DNA of 64,000 nucleotides. It comes from Octopus bimaculoides (taxonomy: Eukaryota). The notes beneath the pieces are model-generated. The model made no database searches, had not been told where the DNA came from, and worked only from the letters and a program-made list of their open reading frames with translations. The translations under genes and the position numbers were made by a program. Positions 36,172-49,540 of the stretch are shown one piece after another (the first letter of the stretch is position 1; the number at the start of each line of letters is the position of its first letter). The stretch is from NCBI RefSeq assembly GCF_001194135.2, contig NC_068986.1:4234578-4298577 (forward strand). Direction: 5' to 3'.

Positions 36172-37039
36172 CCAAACATTTAGAAGAAATCTGCTTTTCT
36201 AAATAAAATTCATAATTATATAAATAACATATTTAAAAAAAAGAGTAAATCAATGTCAAGACCAGAACAAATTAATCCTCCTTTACAGAAATTTCTGTCA
36301 TCTAACCCCTATGTATTTGCATTTCAAATTTCCCAGATACGGAAGTAGGACTCAATAGAATATAGTCTCCACATCTCAGAGAAGAGCCAGTCAATTGATA
36401 GTCATTCAATCACTAACAGACACACTACAGCTTTTAGGCCTACACATGTGATGTCTCCTCTCTCTCTTCTGTTGCTTCTGTAACATTCTCTGTTTCTCTG
36501 AGCAGACTGGTCTTGTATTTTCATCAATTAGTCGATCGCCCCCGACTTCAACCCACTTGTCTCTCCATCTCTCATGACCCTTGTTGAGTTCCCACCTCTG
36601 CTCCAACACTTTGCCCACTCTTTTTGTCCCCCACCCCAGAACATTGAACCATTTCAATCTTCTTCCTGGTCATGTCTTTCCTGCAGGTGTTTATCTGCAA
36701 CAGTTTAACCAGAACATTAACAGCATCAAGCTCACCGGCGTCAGAGAGCCTGCACAGCACATGAGCAATACCCACTTCCACCAGACAGTGCAAAAAAAAA
36801 AAAAAAACATAAAAAAGAAGAAAGAAAATAACCACTTTTTGCACTTGATTTCTCAGAATTCTTGGTTTGAATTTTTCTTTTTTCCAAGGTTTTTGAATGT
36901 CTTCCACTTAATTCAAGAGAAAGGTCTGTAGCAGATTATAATGGCCATACATAAAAATGGTTTACTTTTATTGAAGATTTTCTTCTGGCATCTTACCTTG
37001 AAAGATTGCATTTTTTTCTCAATATATTTCTCAGCTTTT

Positions 37040-37434
37040 CTTTTATTCTTTTATTTGTTTCAATCATTTGACTGTGGCCATGCTGGAGCACCACCTTTAG
37101 TCGAACAACTTGACCCCAGGACTTATTCTTTGTAAGCCTAGTACTTATTTTATTGGTCTCTTTTGCCAAACCACTAAGTTACGGGGACGTGAACACACCA
37201 ACATCGGTTGTCAAGCAATGGTGGGGGGAAAACACACACATACATGCACGTACGCATGCACACACACACACGATGGGCTTCTTTCAGTTTCCGTCTACCA
37301 AATCTACTCACAAGGCTTTGGTCGGCCCAAGGTTATAGTAGAAGACACTTGCCCAAGGTGCCATACAGTGGGACTGAACTGGGAATCATGTAGTTGGTAA
37401 GCAAGCTACATACCACACAGCAACTCCTGTGCCT
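37040..37434 (-). mobile_element. Full-length S1a SINE
   Basis: High-identity reverse complement of 14932-15330 with (CA)-rich centre. Confidence 0.9.
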
Positions 37435-38394
37435 ATTCTTTTTAAAAATGAATATGACAATAAAATAAACTCATTCTAGGTACAGGAATGACTGTCCAGA
37501 TATGACGTTTGCTTCACAACCAAAGGGTTTCAGGTTCAGTCCCAATGTGGCACTTTGGGCAAGCGTCTTCTACTATAACCCTATCTCTCTGGATCAACCA
37601 ATGTCATGTGAATAAATTTGGTATATAGGAACTGTGCAGAACTTGTTAAGAAATTTACCCTCAGCTGATACGGATTTTTATATCTAGGCGTGGAAGAGTA
37701 ATTATATAACATATGCATATCTTAATGTCAGTAATGTAGCAATGAAAGAAGTTTCAGCTTTCTGCTGAGATGCAGAAATGAGCTTTCTTGTCATGTACAT
37801 GAGTGAGTGTATGCGTGTGTGAATGTATGTATGTCTGTGTGTGTGTGTATGTATTTACACACGTATGTGTGTATATATATGCAAGTGTGTGTGTATAATG
37901 TATGTATTTGTAATATGGTTTTAGAATCCCTCAGTTCTTGCTGGAAAAACAAAACAAACTGCAGAATCTCAGGAATCAAATAAATTCTTGCTGAACTTCA
38001 GTTTGATTTTGCCTTTAATAATTTAAAATTATGTATTTTCTGTAATTATTTTCCTTTACTTTGAAAAGATTTGAGTTTAGTAGATGATAAGATTATAAAC
38101 AGATTATTGAAATGACAAATTATTTTAGAATCTCTGATACTTGTTTCTGTTAACTGTGATTGCTTCACCGCTACAGAAATACCTTATTTGTTTGTTCTAG
38201 TTGAAGGAGATGGCATTTCACTAATTGATCTGTTAGAATATTTGTCTTTCATTACGAATAGTGATAAATAATTAGTTGTTATAGCAGAATAGTATTTTGT
38301 TTCACATAAGCGAGATATTGTGTTTCTGAGGGGGCAAAAAAATAAGAAACACACACAAACACACACAAAAAAAAATGTAGATGTGTTCATCTGC

Positions 38395-38660
38395 TCCGGC
38401 AAGGCTGTGTGGTTAGACATTTCCTTTTCAATCACATAGTTCCAGGATCAGTCTCAGTATGTGGCACCTTGGACAAGTGTCTTCTATTATAACACCAAGC
38501 CAACTAAAGCCTTGTGAATGGGTTTGGTAGACAGAAACTGAAAGTAGCTTTTTATATGTATGTGTGTGTGTGTGTTTGTCATTGTGTTTGTCCCCCACCA
38601 CTGCTTCACATCTGTGTTGGTTTGTTTACATCCCCATCACTTAGCAATTCAGCAAAAAGA
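38395..38660 (+). mobile_element. 3'-truncated S1 SINE
   Basis: GGCTGTGTGGTTAG...GTGGCACCTTGGACAAGTGTCTTCT...GGTAGACAGAAACTGAAA, (TG)n, TTTACATCCCCATCACTTAGCAATTCAGCAAAA. Confidence 0.8.
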
Positions 38661-39825
38661 CTACCACAACTCAAGGATTCCACGAAAGATGATCTACTGC
38701 TCTGCCATTGGTACAAACCAATCATAGCATGCCTAGAATACTGAAGCAGATTACTATTATATTGGGCCATTTTTAGGACAAGGAAATATACTCCCAGTTT
38801 GTGGATGTGATGTTTTTCTAAAATATATAAAACAAATACATACATAATTACTTTTTGGAATAGCAGATCTCAAAGCAAGTAAACCTATAAGTAAAAGCAT
38901 GTAAATAACAGGTTAAAAACCCTTTGGAGAGAAAGAGTTGAAGGCTGCCCATGGGATATGAACTTAAATTTCATGTAATCATGAGAGGTGATCTACCATT
39001 GGACCAAAGCAATCGTTTGAATTTCTCTATCTGTTTTAGAAACTATTTTTCAGCAGTGAGAATTGTATGTTAAGGACATCATAAGAATTTTTTTTAATAA
39101 ATTTCAAGACAACTGAAACAATGAAAGCTAAAAATAATAGCATTTAAATAAATTTTATGTATATTTTCCACATAGGGAATTTCAGATTTGAAATACTTCT
39201 CTTCTGTACTAATTTTTTTCTTTTTTTTTCTTTTTTCTTCTTTTTTTTTCCCCAAGTAAATTTATAAAATATATTCTTTCAAACTTGAGATTTTGTACCC
39301 AGGTTAGTAATAGAAAATTTCTATTTCATACACAATGAACTGATTTTCCTTGCAATATGTTTGTAAAATTTCCGTGTTGCACTATATAACTTAGTGCAAA
39401 CTACCTCATTTTTTTTGTGTGTGTGTGGGTGGGGTTTAAATAAATATAGATTTAAAATAGTAATAGCAATCTGCACATAGTGTATACCATCAAATGCAAT
39501 AAAACACGGAATTCATTATTGAACTTGTGGCAAAAGAAAAAAAAACCCAAAAAACTTCCAATGAAATTAAGATATTTTCCTAATGAATATCCACTTTTTA
39601 CTATAGCTTATCTGCCTTGAGTTAGTGATTTCCATTATGCAATAATATAAAATATCCTTTTGTGTTTAATAACAATGCCTATCTAATGAATCTAATTTAA
39701 AAGTATCAGAAAAACCGAAAATGGGAAGTAAAGAGTTTACATCTGATTGGTAATATTTCTTTCTATATATCTGTAATGGATCTATTGATGCTTCTGTTTT
39801 CTCAAGTGCAATATCGATATTGTAT

Positions 39826-39944
<119 letters not shown>

Positions 39945-40671
39945 TATACATATATATGAAATCGTTTTTAATGGTGGAACCCAAAGTAGATAAGACTATA
40001 AAAAAAACACCATGTAAAATATTTGATTAAAAGCGGTCAACTTTTCCATTCAAGTGTTTCAATGTGGCCATGCTGGGGCACCGTCCTCAACGGCTTGAGT
40101 GAACCTTATCAAACTCAGTGCTTATTTCAACTTGATACTTCTTTTACCAATTTCCATTTATTGAATGGTCAAGTTATATCTTGGAAAACAATGTTATCTA
40201 ATATGTTATACCCATGGAAACATAAACATAGATACAATCACACAGGTACTCCCACTTATCTGATTGTCTGTTTATCTATTTCTCTGTCTCTCTCTGTTTA
40301 TTTGTCTTGTGTGTCTGTTTCTCTGTACTTACCTACATACAGATCTACTTGCATATTCACTTATCAACCAACTAAATAGTTAACCAAGCACAGTCTTCTT
40401 ACATAGTTTCTGATTACTGAATTTCACACACAAAATATTGTTGAAACTGATGCTGCAGTAGAAAGACATTTTACCAAAGCTTGTTGAAGACAGAATGACT
40501 TTGGAATTATGTGGTTGTAGAGCAAACTTCTAAGCTCTGCAGTTCCACTTGCATTTAATCATCTGTCTATCCTACCTTGGAAAATGGATGTAAAATGATG
40601 ATTCACTTATATGTGTTGAATGTGTCATCACAGTCCAAGGCAATTCTTATTTTGAGTTACTTCTTTTCTAG

Positions 40672-40768
40672 ATGTCACAGATGATGTCTTGCTTATACAT
40701 TCTACTATGGTTTCTAAGGGTGAATGCCCCATCATGGAACCAACACTAGAGAGGCTGCTTTGTTCTCT
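40672..40768 (+). other. Candidate 97-nt exon (DVTDDVLLIHSTMVSKGECPIMEPTLERLLCS)
   Basis: Acceptor TTACTTCTTTTCTAG, donor CT|GTAAGA, one open frame; could instead be an RT relic (xDD motif). Confidence 0.25.
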
Positions 40769-41399
40769 GTAAGACTTAAGAATCCTCTGCACTCTATGTT
40801 GTCTCTGTTCATTCAAAGCATATTATGATCAACAGTGTGAATAGGTAAGTCATAGAAGTGAGAGTAATGGAAGAGATACAGTGAAAGATAACAAACTGAG
40901 AGGGTGTGAGGAAAGCAAAAGTAATGGAAGTGGGAGAATGATGTATGTCAATAGAAGCAGAATGGCTGGGTAAGGGGTAATGTGAAGGAGAGCGAAGGGT
41001 TCCAAAATATCAAAAACGGGTGATGGTAAAAGAGAATGTGTGATGGGTATCAATAGAGACAGTATAGGTATGTGGTGGGTATCAATGAAGAGTGATATAG
41101 GTGAAAGGGAACAAAGGTGATTGTTGAAGGTATTGAATATGAACTGTTCCAATGTCATACCCATAGCCCAGGCGTTATTATTGGAGAGCAGACTGATATA
41201 AAATGATGGTGGTGTTGGTAGTGGAGGATTCAGTATGAACAGATCCAAGCCAACCTTCATTTCCCCAAGTAGCATGATACTATGAATAGGAGAAAAGGTG
41301 AGTGATGGTTGAGTGAATTAATGAAGGGAGCTGTAAGATGGAGCCCTAACAGGGATATAATGAGCAAGAGGTCCAATATAAAGACATCATATGCGCCAA

Positions 41400-41700
41400 A
41401 CCCCATCACCATCATCATCTTAATGTCCTACTTATATGAATAGCTGGGTCTTCACTAGCTCTGCAGGGTTGCCGCTCATCACAATTTTTTGTCATTTCTT
41501 TCATGTGATTCAGCTTCTTGAGATCAGTCGTAAAATTTTGTCCCAGTTTTCCTGGGTTTCCCACTTCTACATGTTTCATCCACTTCAAGCACTTGACATT
41601 TCTTTTTATACAACAGACATCCCTTATATTCAACAAAGTCCAATACACAGTCTTCTGTTTTGCACACTACATCTGGTTCCTCTTATATCCCAGCCTTTCT
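41400..41700 (-). mobile_element. Degenerate RTE 3' end with GAT tail
   Basis: QNRRLC...VEVGNPGKLG...DLKKLNHMKEMTKN, then GGACATTAAGATGATGATGGTGATG. Confidence 0.6.
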
Positions 41701-41918
41701 TCTCAATTCATGCACATTGAAGTGAAAAAAAACCCCAAAACTAATACATATTTCTTATTTTGTGTTATTTAATATACACACAAGTATATTTTTCTTTACT
41801 TGATGTAGGCAAATAAGTTTGTGTGCATTACTTTTTTGATAACCTTTTCAGCTCATACGAGCTCTGCTTTATTGTATAATATATGTATGTGTATATATGT
41901 GAGCGTATTTTTGTGTGT

Positions 41919-42435
41919 ATCATCATCATTGTTTAACATCCGCTTTCCATGCTGGCATGGGCTGGACAGTTTAACTAAAAACTGGTAAGCCGGGGGCTGT
42001 ACCAGGTTCCAATCTGATTTGGCAAGGTTTCTATGGCTGGATGCCCTCCCTAATACCAACCACTCTAAGAGTGTAGGGGTGCTTTTTATGTGCCACCAGC
42101 ACAGGTGCCATTGACCTGATACCGGCATCTCTCTTGCATACCACATCTGATGCTTCTTATGTCTAACTTTTCTCTGAGGACACTTTCACTCTATCATGCA
42201 TGCACACTGACATTACACTTCCAGCAGAGTATACTAGCTTCATTCCTTACAAGCCTATGCATGTTCTTAGCAGTCACAGCCCATGTTTCACTGGCATATA
42301 GCATGGCTGTTCACACATAGACATCTTACAATCTACCTTTCATTCTGAGTGAGAGGTCCTTTGTTACCAACAGTGGTAGGAGCTCTCTGAATTTTGCCCA
42401 GCCTATTCTTATTCTAGCAGCTATGCTCTCAGAGC

Positions 42436-42437
<2 letters not shown>
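41919..42437 (-). mobile_element. Internally deleted RTE family 1 copy (RT fragment 42225-42437, 3' UTR/tail 41919-42150)
   Basis: ESIAARIRIGWAKFRELLPLLVTKDLSLRMKGRL, same family as 8763; reverse-complement tail ends GTTAAACAATGATGATGAT. Confidence 0.85.
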
Positions 42438-42470
<33 letters not shown>

Positions 42471-42559
42471 TTATAGGTATATATATATATATGTATGTAT
42501 GTATGTGTATATAGGTCTGTGTGCATGTACATCTCTCTAGTGCATCACTTTTACCCTTG

Positions 42560-42850
42560 TAGAAGCTAATGATGATACTATGAAGCCTTCCTCTAATACC
42601 TACTCGTCTATCCTATGCCTTCTTTCTTAAGATATGTTAATGACTTACCCATCCTCACATCTTACCATGGCGAAGCTAACACAGTATTTGAAACATTTAC
42701 AATACAAGCGTGGATGACCGTATAAGATTCTGTATTAGACACCTCAGTAACTCTAGATCCCTCTCACTTACAGCTCTAAATCTCAAGGGAAGTAACCTCA
42801 ATACCAACTTTTATGATGAGAATAATGTCATTTGCATCATTACATAGGCT
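42560..42850 (+). mobile_element. Possible CR1-like RT relic
   Basis: SSIL..PSFLRYVNDLP resembles GSxLxPxLFxxYINDL; weak and frameshifted. Confidence 0.3.
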
Positions 42851-42869
42851 GTAGAACTTTGAGCAGAGT

Positions 42870-43180
42870 GTGTATATTTTTTGATACACTGATAGAGTTC
42901 AGGCAATATTAGAATTAGTAATGTTGCTATCTTTCAAATTCTGTGTATGGCTTCATAATGCTGTATCTGAAATTCAAGTACTCTGTCTTGAAACTGCTTT
43001 CACACATTCCAACGTATGGTTCATTAGATTGCTTGTCATCTTGGATTGATAGTGTTAGTTTTGCTTAAATTATCTAAGCAGAACTCCTTATTTTGGCAGT
43101 TGCTCTAATTTAGATTGGTAGCTTGATGGCTCTTCATAGAGTTGTTGAGTAATATTTTCCATATCAGTCGTGCAACTATG
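42870..43180 (-). mobile_element. Degenerate Penelope-like GIY-YIG endonuclease relic
   Basis: Minus frames SNCQNKEFCLDN, EPYVGMCESSFKTEYLNF (YVGMCE at 42999-43016) and LKDSNI match PLE CNCRxKxxCPL...YIGxxExxFKxRYxNH...WxLKxxNI. Confidence 0.55.
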
Positions 43181-43234
43181 GTTGATTTGTAAGTTTTGTT
43201 CATTAAATAATTTGGAATATTTATGATCTTTTTA

Positions 43235-43440
43235 TTGTATACTTGTTTCAGTCATTGGACTGCAGTCATGCTGGAGCACTTGCCTTGAAGAGGTTTTAGT
43301 TGAACAAATTGACCCCAGTAGTTTAAACTTGGTACTTATTTTGTTGACTTCTTTTGCCAAACCACTAAGTTATAGGAATGTAAATAAACCAATGTTGTTT
43401 CTCAAGCAATGGTGGGAGACACTTAAACACAAGCACACAT
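43235..43440 (-). mobile_element. S1a SINE 3' half; an S5 copy follows at 43685-43930
   Basis: TACTTGTTTCAGTCATTGGACTGCAGTCATGCTGGAGCAC...CAAATTGACCCCAG...CCACTAAGTTA. Confidence 0.75.
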
Positions 43441-45012
43441 TATATATATATATATATATATTATTTGGTAGTCTGAAATGGCTTAACTAGCTGAAACTTT
43501 GAAGTCTCTGTCAATAATATTCTTGTTTGAAAATAATAATTCTACAAAAGTATAGAGTAATCCTTCAGATTAATGGAAAATTGATTTTATTATAACAACA
43601 TAAAAACAAACATTAATATATATCCTCTTCCTCATCATCATTTAACGTCCTTTTTTGTATGTTGGCATGAAAACAATGTACTAGTTAAGTGCTGGGGTTG
43701 GTATAATTGACATTTCTACATTGTTATTCAATCTGCAAGAAACAGCCAAATCTCTTGCAAATAATATCCTACTATTTTAAAGGGAGGAAGAGCATATTGG
43801 TTGGCTGATGTGGTCCTGAATACACTGTACTAGCACACAAAAAAAAAAATCAAAAAAAGACAGTCACAGCTGAAAAGTTTTTGATTATTTTTCCTCAATC
43901 AGGCCTGATCTGAGGCTAAACAATTAGAACAATCACCAAAATTCTATTTTGTTTCAACAATTAATTTTCCTTTAAGCCATTGTCTACTGTAATATCTCTA
44001 AGCTACCATCCCAAAATAAAAATTTATTTTATTTAATTTTTTGTTAATAATTATCTGAGGAGGGATTCATAGGTTTATTTTCTTCCTTTGTTCTAAGTAT
44101 TTCACTTATTTCACTTATTTCACTGATAATGAATATCTTGTCACAAAAGCCAAAGAAAGTTTTTAAAAAAGTGTAGAAATATGTATTAACTGAAAAAAAA
44201 ACCCAGTGATATTGTCAATTATAATATTAACTGAACTTGTTTCCACAGTTAGTGAAGTGCAAATTCTTGTCCATGAAACTTTCATATTATTAGATAGATT
44301 TCTTAGGTGAAAAGGAAAATATATCTATTTGAAAAATGTTCAGAAGTTTCTTGAATGAAATTTCTTGCTCTTAACTTAACCAAGTTTTCTTTAACAGAAA
44401 CTTACTTTAAGATATTTTTATTTCAAACTGTAGCACTGATTCTTTGTTAGTCGTTCATTTATAATTTACTTTTGTATGGATTAGTGAGGGCATGTGGCAT
44501 AGTTATTAGGATGTTGCACTCACCGTTGCTAGATCATGGGTTCAGTTCTCACACTTGGTGGCACATAGTGGTCAAACACTTTATTTCACATTGCTCCTGT
44601 CCACTGGTTATCCTTGTAACTGATTGGCATACAAGGGTGAAATGATGACTGAGGAAAAGCACCTGAATGGAAGTTTTCCGAGCTTTTACAACCCATGTTG
44701 TGAATCCTGACTGCTTGGGATTGGTTGTTCATCCATGTCGAGTTTTTTTTTTGTTTATGAGTTTAAGAGGTTTACACTATAACCACATGACTTAGGGGCT
44801 CAATCCCATCATGTGAACCATGAGGAAACGATATATAGCTATAAATCCCAGGCCACCCCACCTTGTAAAGGAACTTCATAAATGGATATTTGTGGAGGCC
44901 ATTTATGTGTGTGTATACATGTACATGTGTCTTTCTCTCATCTCATCTGTCTTGACATTTATGAGGTTTTTAAAGTAGGAAATGACACAATTGAGGTGGT
45001 GCTAATGCTTAT

Positions 45013-45232
45013 CCCTTTAGCATTCAGATCCCTCTGTCAAAAGTAATGCTTATTTATTCATACTGATTTGAATTAATCATAGATTATCTTGTAGCTTTGA
45101 GATTTTCATGATGTGGTTGCTTATTTTTAGAAGGATATTGTAGGGTAAGTGTGAGAGGCTGGATCTGGCTGGTTTCAATATAAAGCATATTGAATATTTT
45201 GGTCAGATATGGCTGGTTTGAATGCTAAAGGG
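45013..45232 (+). mobile_element. piggyBac-type MITE
   Basis: Perfect 12-bp TIR CCCTTTAGCATT / AATGCTAAAGGG; flanks TTAT/CTAT are degenerate TTAA. Confidence 0.85.
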
Positions 45233-45342
45233 CTATACTTACCATAAAGTATGTTCAGTTATTGAATGTATGGTTCATTGTTTGAAAGACCAGTGCAGTA
45301 AATACCTTTCTTGAAACTGTGTAACACTTGGTCTGTGCATCT

Positions 45343-45381
<39 letters not shown>

Positions 45382-45544
45382 GTGTAAAACCTTAGCTTGG
45401 CTTTTAGTAGCTGCGCTAGCACACGGCTGTATTCATTTTCAACTGAGTAGATGAAGCAATGTGAAATGAAATGCTTTGCTCAAGAACACATCATGCTGCC
45501 TGAGTCAGGAATTGAACCCATGATATTATGATCCTTTCTACTAT

Positions 45545-45748
45545 AGGCATAAGGCTTGAAATTTTGGTGGAGGGGGTAAGTCGATTACATCGACCCCAGT
45601 GTGTAACTGAGACTTATTACATCAACCCTGAAAGGATGAAAGGCAAAGTTGACCTCAGTGGAATTTGAACTCAGAATATAGCGGAGAGCAAAATACTGCC
45701 AAACCTTTCATCCAGTATACTAATGATTCTGCCAACTCGCCGCCTTAA
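45545..45748 (-). mobile_element. S2 SINE
   Basis: GTCGATTACATCGACCCCAG...GAAAGGATGAAAGGCAAAGTTGACCTC...TTTGAACTCAGAA...CTGCCAACTCGCCGCCTT, followed by (AAT)n. Confidence 0.88.
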
Positions 45749-45776
45749 TTATAATAACAATGATGATAATAATAAT

Positions 45777-45827
<51 letters not shown>

Positions 45828-46235
45828 GATGCTTCTGTAACTTTTTTTTTTTTCTGAAAAGCAGGGCCATGGTTCTATGCAAGCCTTATTAGTCTGGTCC
45901 ATATTAGTCCAGCCTCTGTCCTTTGACTTGTCCAGTATGGAAGGCCTTACCAGGAGCTGGCATAGCTCTCATGGTCATTAAAGCATACTAGCCACAACAA
46001 TGACTGGGCCTTGTGTTGGTATTCTGGGTTTGGGCAGAGATTATTTGAGATAAGATTTTACTGCCTAATGCCCTTTTTGTCACTAAATCTCCTCTGTTTT
46101 TCAAGTAAGGGATTTCTTTATTCTCCATGTCTTTGAAAGCACTGAGTGACCAAGCACACCACCAACAAGGAATGCCAATATCAGCACCACCTCACTCAAG
46201 TGCTGACAAACATAAATATAAATGTCTATGTGCGT

Positions 46236-46275
<40 letters not shown>

Positions 46276-48729
46276 AAACATACTCACATGCAAACACACT
46301 CACATGCACACACACTCACATGCACACACACACACTCATATATGCACACACTCACACAATTAGATATGCGCATACCAAATTCCCTCACATGGTATTGGTC
46401 AACCCTAAGTTGTTGAAGACAATTACCCAAGAGCCACACAATGTGACAGCCTGACACTACATGGTTGTCATGCACATACACACACACACACACCTATGCT
46501 TTACCTTAGACATTATTTGACCTCTTACTTGTTTAAGACACTTTGAAATGTTCTATACTTTTCAAATTTTTAGATATTGCTTTATATCGTAAGAAATGCT
46601 TAAGTTGTATTCAACTGTCTAGTGAAAAGACAATTGTCCGTCAGTCTTTTATTAGACCTGTCTCTGCTATTTTATACACTATTCCTTGGAATTAATTCAT
46701 AAGTAATAACTATTGTAAAGAAAACGAAGAAAAATATTTTAAGAATTTTGGCAGTAGTTACATTTTCTTTTAAAACGTTTTATTTTCTTAAATATTTGTT
46801 GCCAGCTGTTTAACTTGAATGAGTAGTACCCTATTGAAAGAAGTTATTCTGAGTGACTACGATAGATCTATGCACACTTACACCACACTTTATTGATTTA
46901 ATATTACTGTTGGATTTCAAAGCTATTGAACATGTTTTTATATTTATTGCATGTAAATATCGAAGTATTTGGTCCTTTACTGAAAAACTCTACTTTTAGC
47001 TATTTCAGTGTCAAGCTGTAAACATTATGAGTAAAAAAGAAAAGAAATATAGCAACTATTTTGAGATATATCATGAGTTGATGAGTAATATGTAATGCAA
47101 GTAATGCTTAATATGATTTTCTGCTTTGTTGGTGACGAATATGTTCATTCTTTAAAGAAAACACTTAATTAGGTTAGGGTGGGGGAAGCTTTTTTGCTCC
47201 TCTTTGATTGTAATCTTTTAACCATTTTCAAGAGAATTGCTGAACAGTAAATCACTAGCTTCTTAGATTTCCAGTTACTGTAGAGTTTCTATTTATAGCT
47301 AAAATTATCATTAAATCTTTTTTGGTTATAAAAGGATTTACCGCATTCACTGGAAGAATGAAATGTAAATAAAAGAGGAAAAAAAAAAAAAAAAAATGAT
47401 GATTTCATGTTTAGGAGAAGAATGTACACATTTGGAAAATTTAGACAATATTTAAATGATAATGAAATGATGAGAATATAGACGGTGATAATTGACATAC
47501 ATAATAATAGGAATCTTGTTTTTAGCTTTACAGAATTTCAAACGCAATACAAGAACAGAAACAAGGAGGTTCTATTTTAACATTTTGATATTTATATTGA
47601 GTTACAGAGAAGAAATCAGAAAAGATAAATAGTGGGGAAACTACCATCTCTTGTATGGTTAGTGAGCATCGATGAAAATTTGAGGTAGAAGCCTGTGGTT
47701 AAGTGTACAATTAAGTTACCTAAATTTTGATGATGATAATAATACTAATCATTAGAGTCTGTCAGTATTGATCATATGGTTGAAAGGAAAAAATCCGTGC
47801 AAGTATTATTTTTTTTTTTCCTTTTGTGTTTGATTTCTGGTGAAGGAGAAAGGACAAGTCACATTGTTGTTTTTAAAAATCAACAGTTTCAATTATTTTA
47901 CATAATCACTGTTTAATAGTTCATTTGGCTGTAACTTAAAAAAAAAAAAAAATACAACGTATTTAGTTATATAGGCATTAATCTAATTTTTAAAAATAGA
48001 TTCAGTACAACTTCAGACATCACTAAAACATGGAACAGTCTGTAAATTTCAAACACAAATGACTAGATTTTTTTTTTTTTTTACATCCCTTTCACTCCAT
48101 TTTCTTAACTTTATCTGCATGCTGTATTTTAATTTGATTTGATATTTAACAACTGCTAGGATGAAACAGTAATTTATTGAACCACACAAATGTAAAGAAA
48201 ATATGTCTTTATAAACACATTAATTATTTAGCACTTTAAAATCCAGTTCTGTAAGATGTTTTAATAAAACAGTATGTATTTTACAGATTTCATTTCTAAT
48301 GCTAACCATATTAATAAATTATACATATTATAAAAATGTATTTAATCCGGTGTGTAAAAAACGCAAATTAAAACCCAGATTTAGTGAATTAGCTCATCTA
48401 ATCAATAAAGTATTGGAATTTCAGGTGTAATTGTGCCTTATCACCAGTTCTGGCAGACCAAAAGTCAATACAGTTATCATCCAAAATTGGTTTTGGTAAC
48501 TCACAATTGTTCATCATACATTAATGCCCCCAACAGCTCTATTTTAGTTGCAATACTTGTTCTTACACTAAATTTTAGTTTTATCCCTAATGTAACTGTG
48601 GCAAGGTTAAATATATTTTGATATATTTTACTTTGCCACTTGTCTGACTGCTGTTCAGCACTGCTCATAAGTTTCAAAGTCAAGTAGGTGCCCACTTTCA
48701 GATAAATGCTTTGCTAACACAGTATGACA

Positions 48730-49230
48730 CCATGCATGTGAAAAAGCTATCAAGAATACTGCAAAATATCTAAGTATCCAATTAGACTTGTTATTGCATT
48801 TCAATGATAATATCAATAAGATTTGCTGGAGTTGCTATCTCTGGCTCAGAAAATAACATTTGTAGATCCGTGTCTGTGTTTCATTGTGAATTTGTTATTC
48901 ATGCCTTGATTACTTCCAGACTAGCTATGTGTAATTCTGTTAGTATTAGAATGTCAAACTTCAATAAATTATGTGTTCAGAATTCTGAAACATATCAAGC
49001 ATTCAAAATGCACTGTTATGAGAAAGGCTTTAGCCACTCGGTATACAATACCAGACTTCAGGCACTCAATATATTGATCAGTGAATATCAATCAGATTTT
49101 TTTTTAATGATACGTATTTTTATATCACTGCTTTCGGTTCTTACTTTTAATCTCTCATATATTAAGGAGTTACAAATTCTTCTTACATGGTACATTATAA
49201 GACTGCTGAAAGTGAAATAGAATGTTCTGC
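48730..49230 (+). mobile_element. Degenerate L2-clade LINE RT C-terminal relic
   Basis: EFVIHALITSRLAMCNSV...KLCVQNS (ORF 48804..49220) matches the L2 motif LIHALITSRLDYCNSLL...KLQxVQN. Confidence 0.65.
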
Positions 49231-49269
49231 TTATCCTTCACAATACTGGAATGAATTGCAACCGTCTAG

Positions 49270-49540
49270 TTTAACAGATTCATTAAAATATTAAACAACT
49301 TTTGTTCTCTAAACTCTACTTCTTTTGTCTTCTACCTTAATTGCATCTTTTCTCATTCTTTCCTTTGCATTGAATTTTGTTTCATAGCATCACTGTCCAT
49401 CCTCTCTGTAGCATTCTATAAATATTTTCATTCATTCATGTATCCTATTATTTGCAAAGTTAACATCCAAAATACTCAATCTCCATGTTTCAACTAAATA
49501 CCTCTGGCTACTGGGGATTCCAGATTAACTTGAAATGTTA
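49270..49540 (-). mobile_element. Possible hAT (GTF2IRD2/Charlie-like) transposase N-terminal relic
   Basis: Fragments EVFS*NMEIEYF and CYETKF resemble RxFQxxWExEYF and HYETKH; highly decayed. Confidence 0.3.

Noticed and set aside
45890-46010. HDV-like ribozyme in the 4135/45890 repeat
   Set aside because: I could not build the nested double pseudoknot from either decayed copy.
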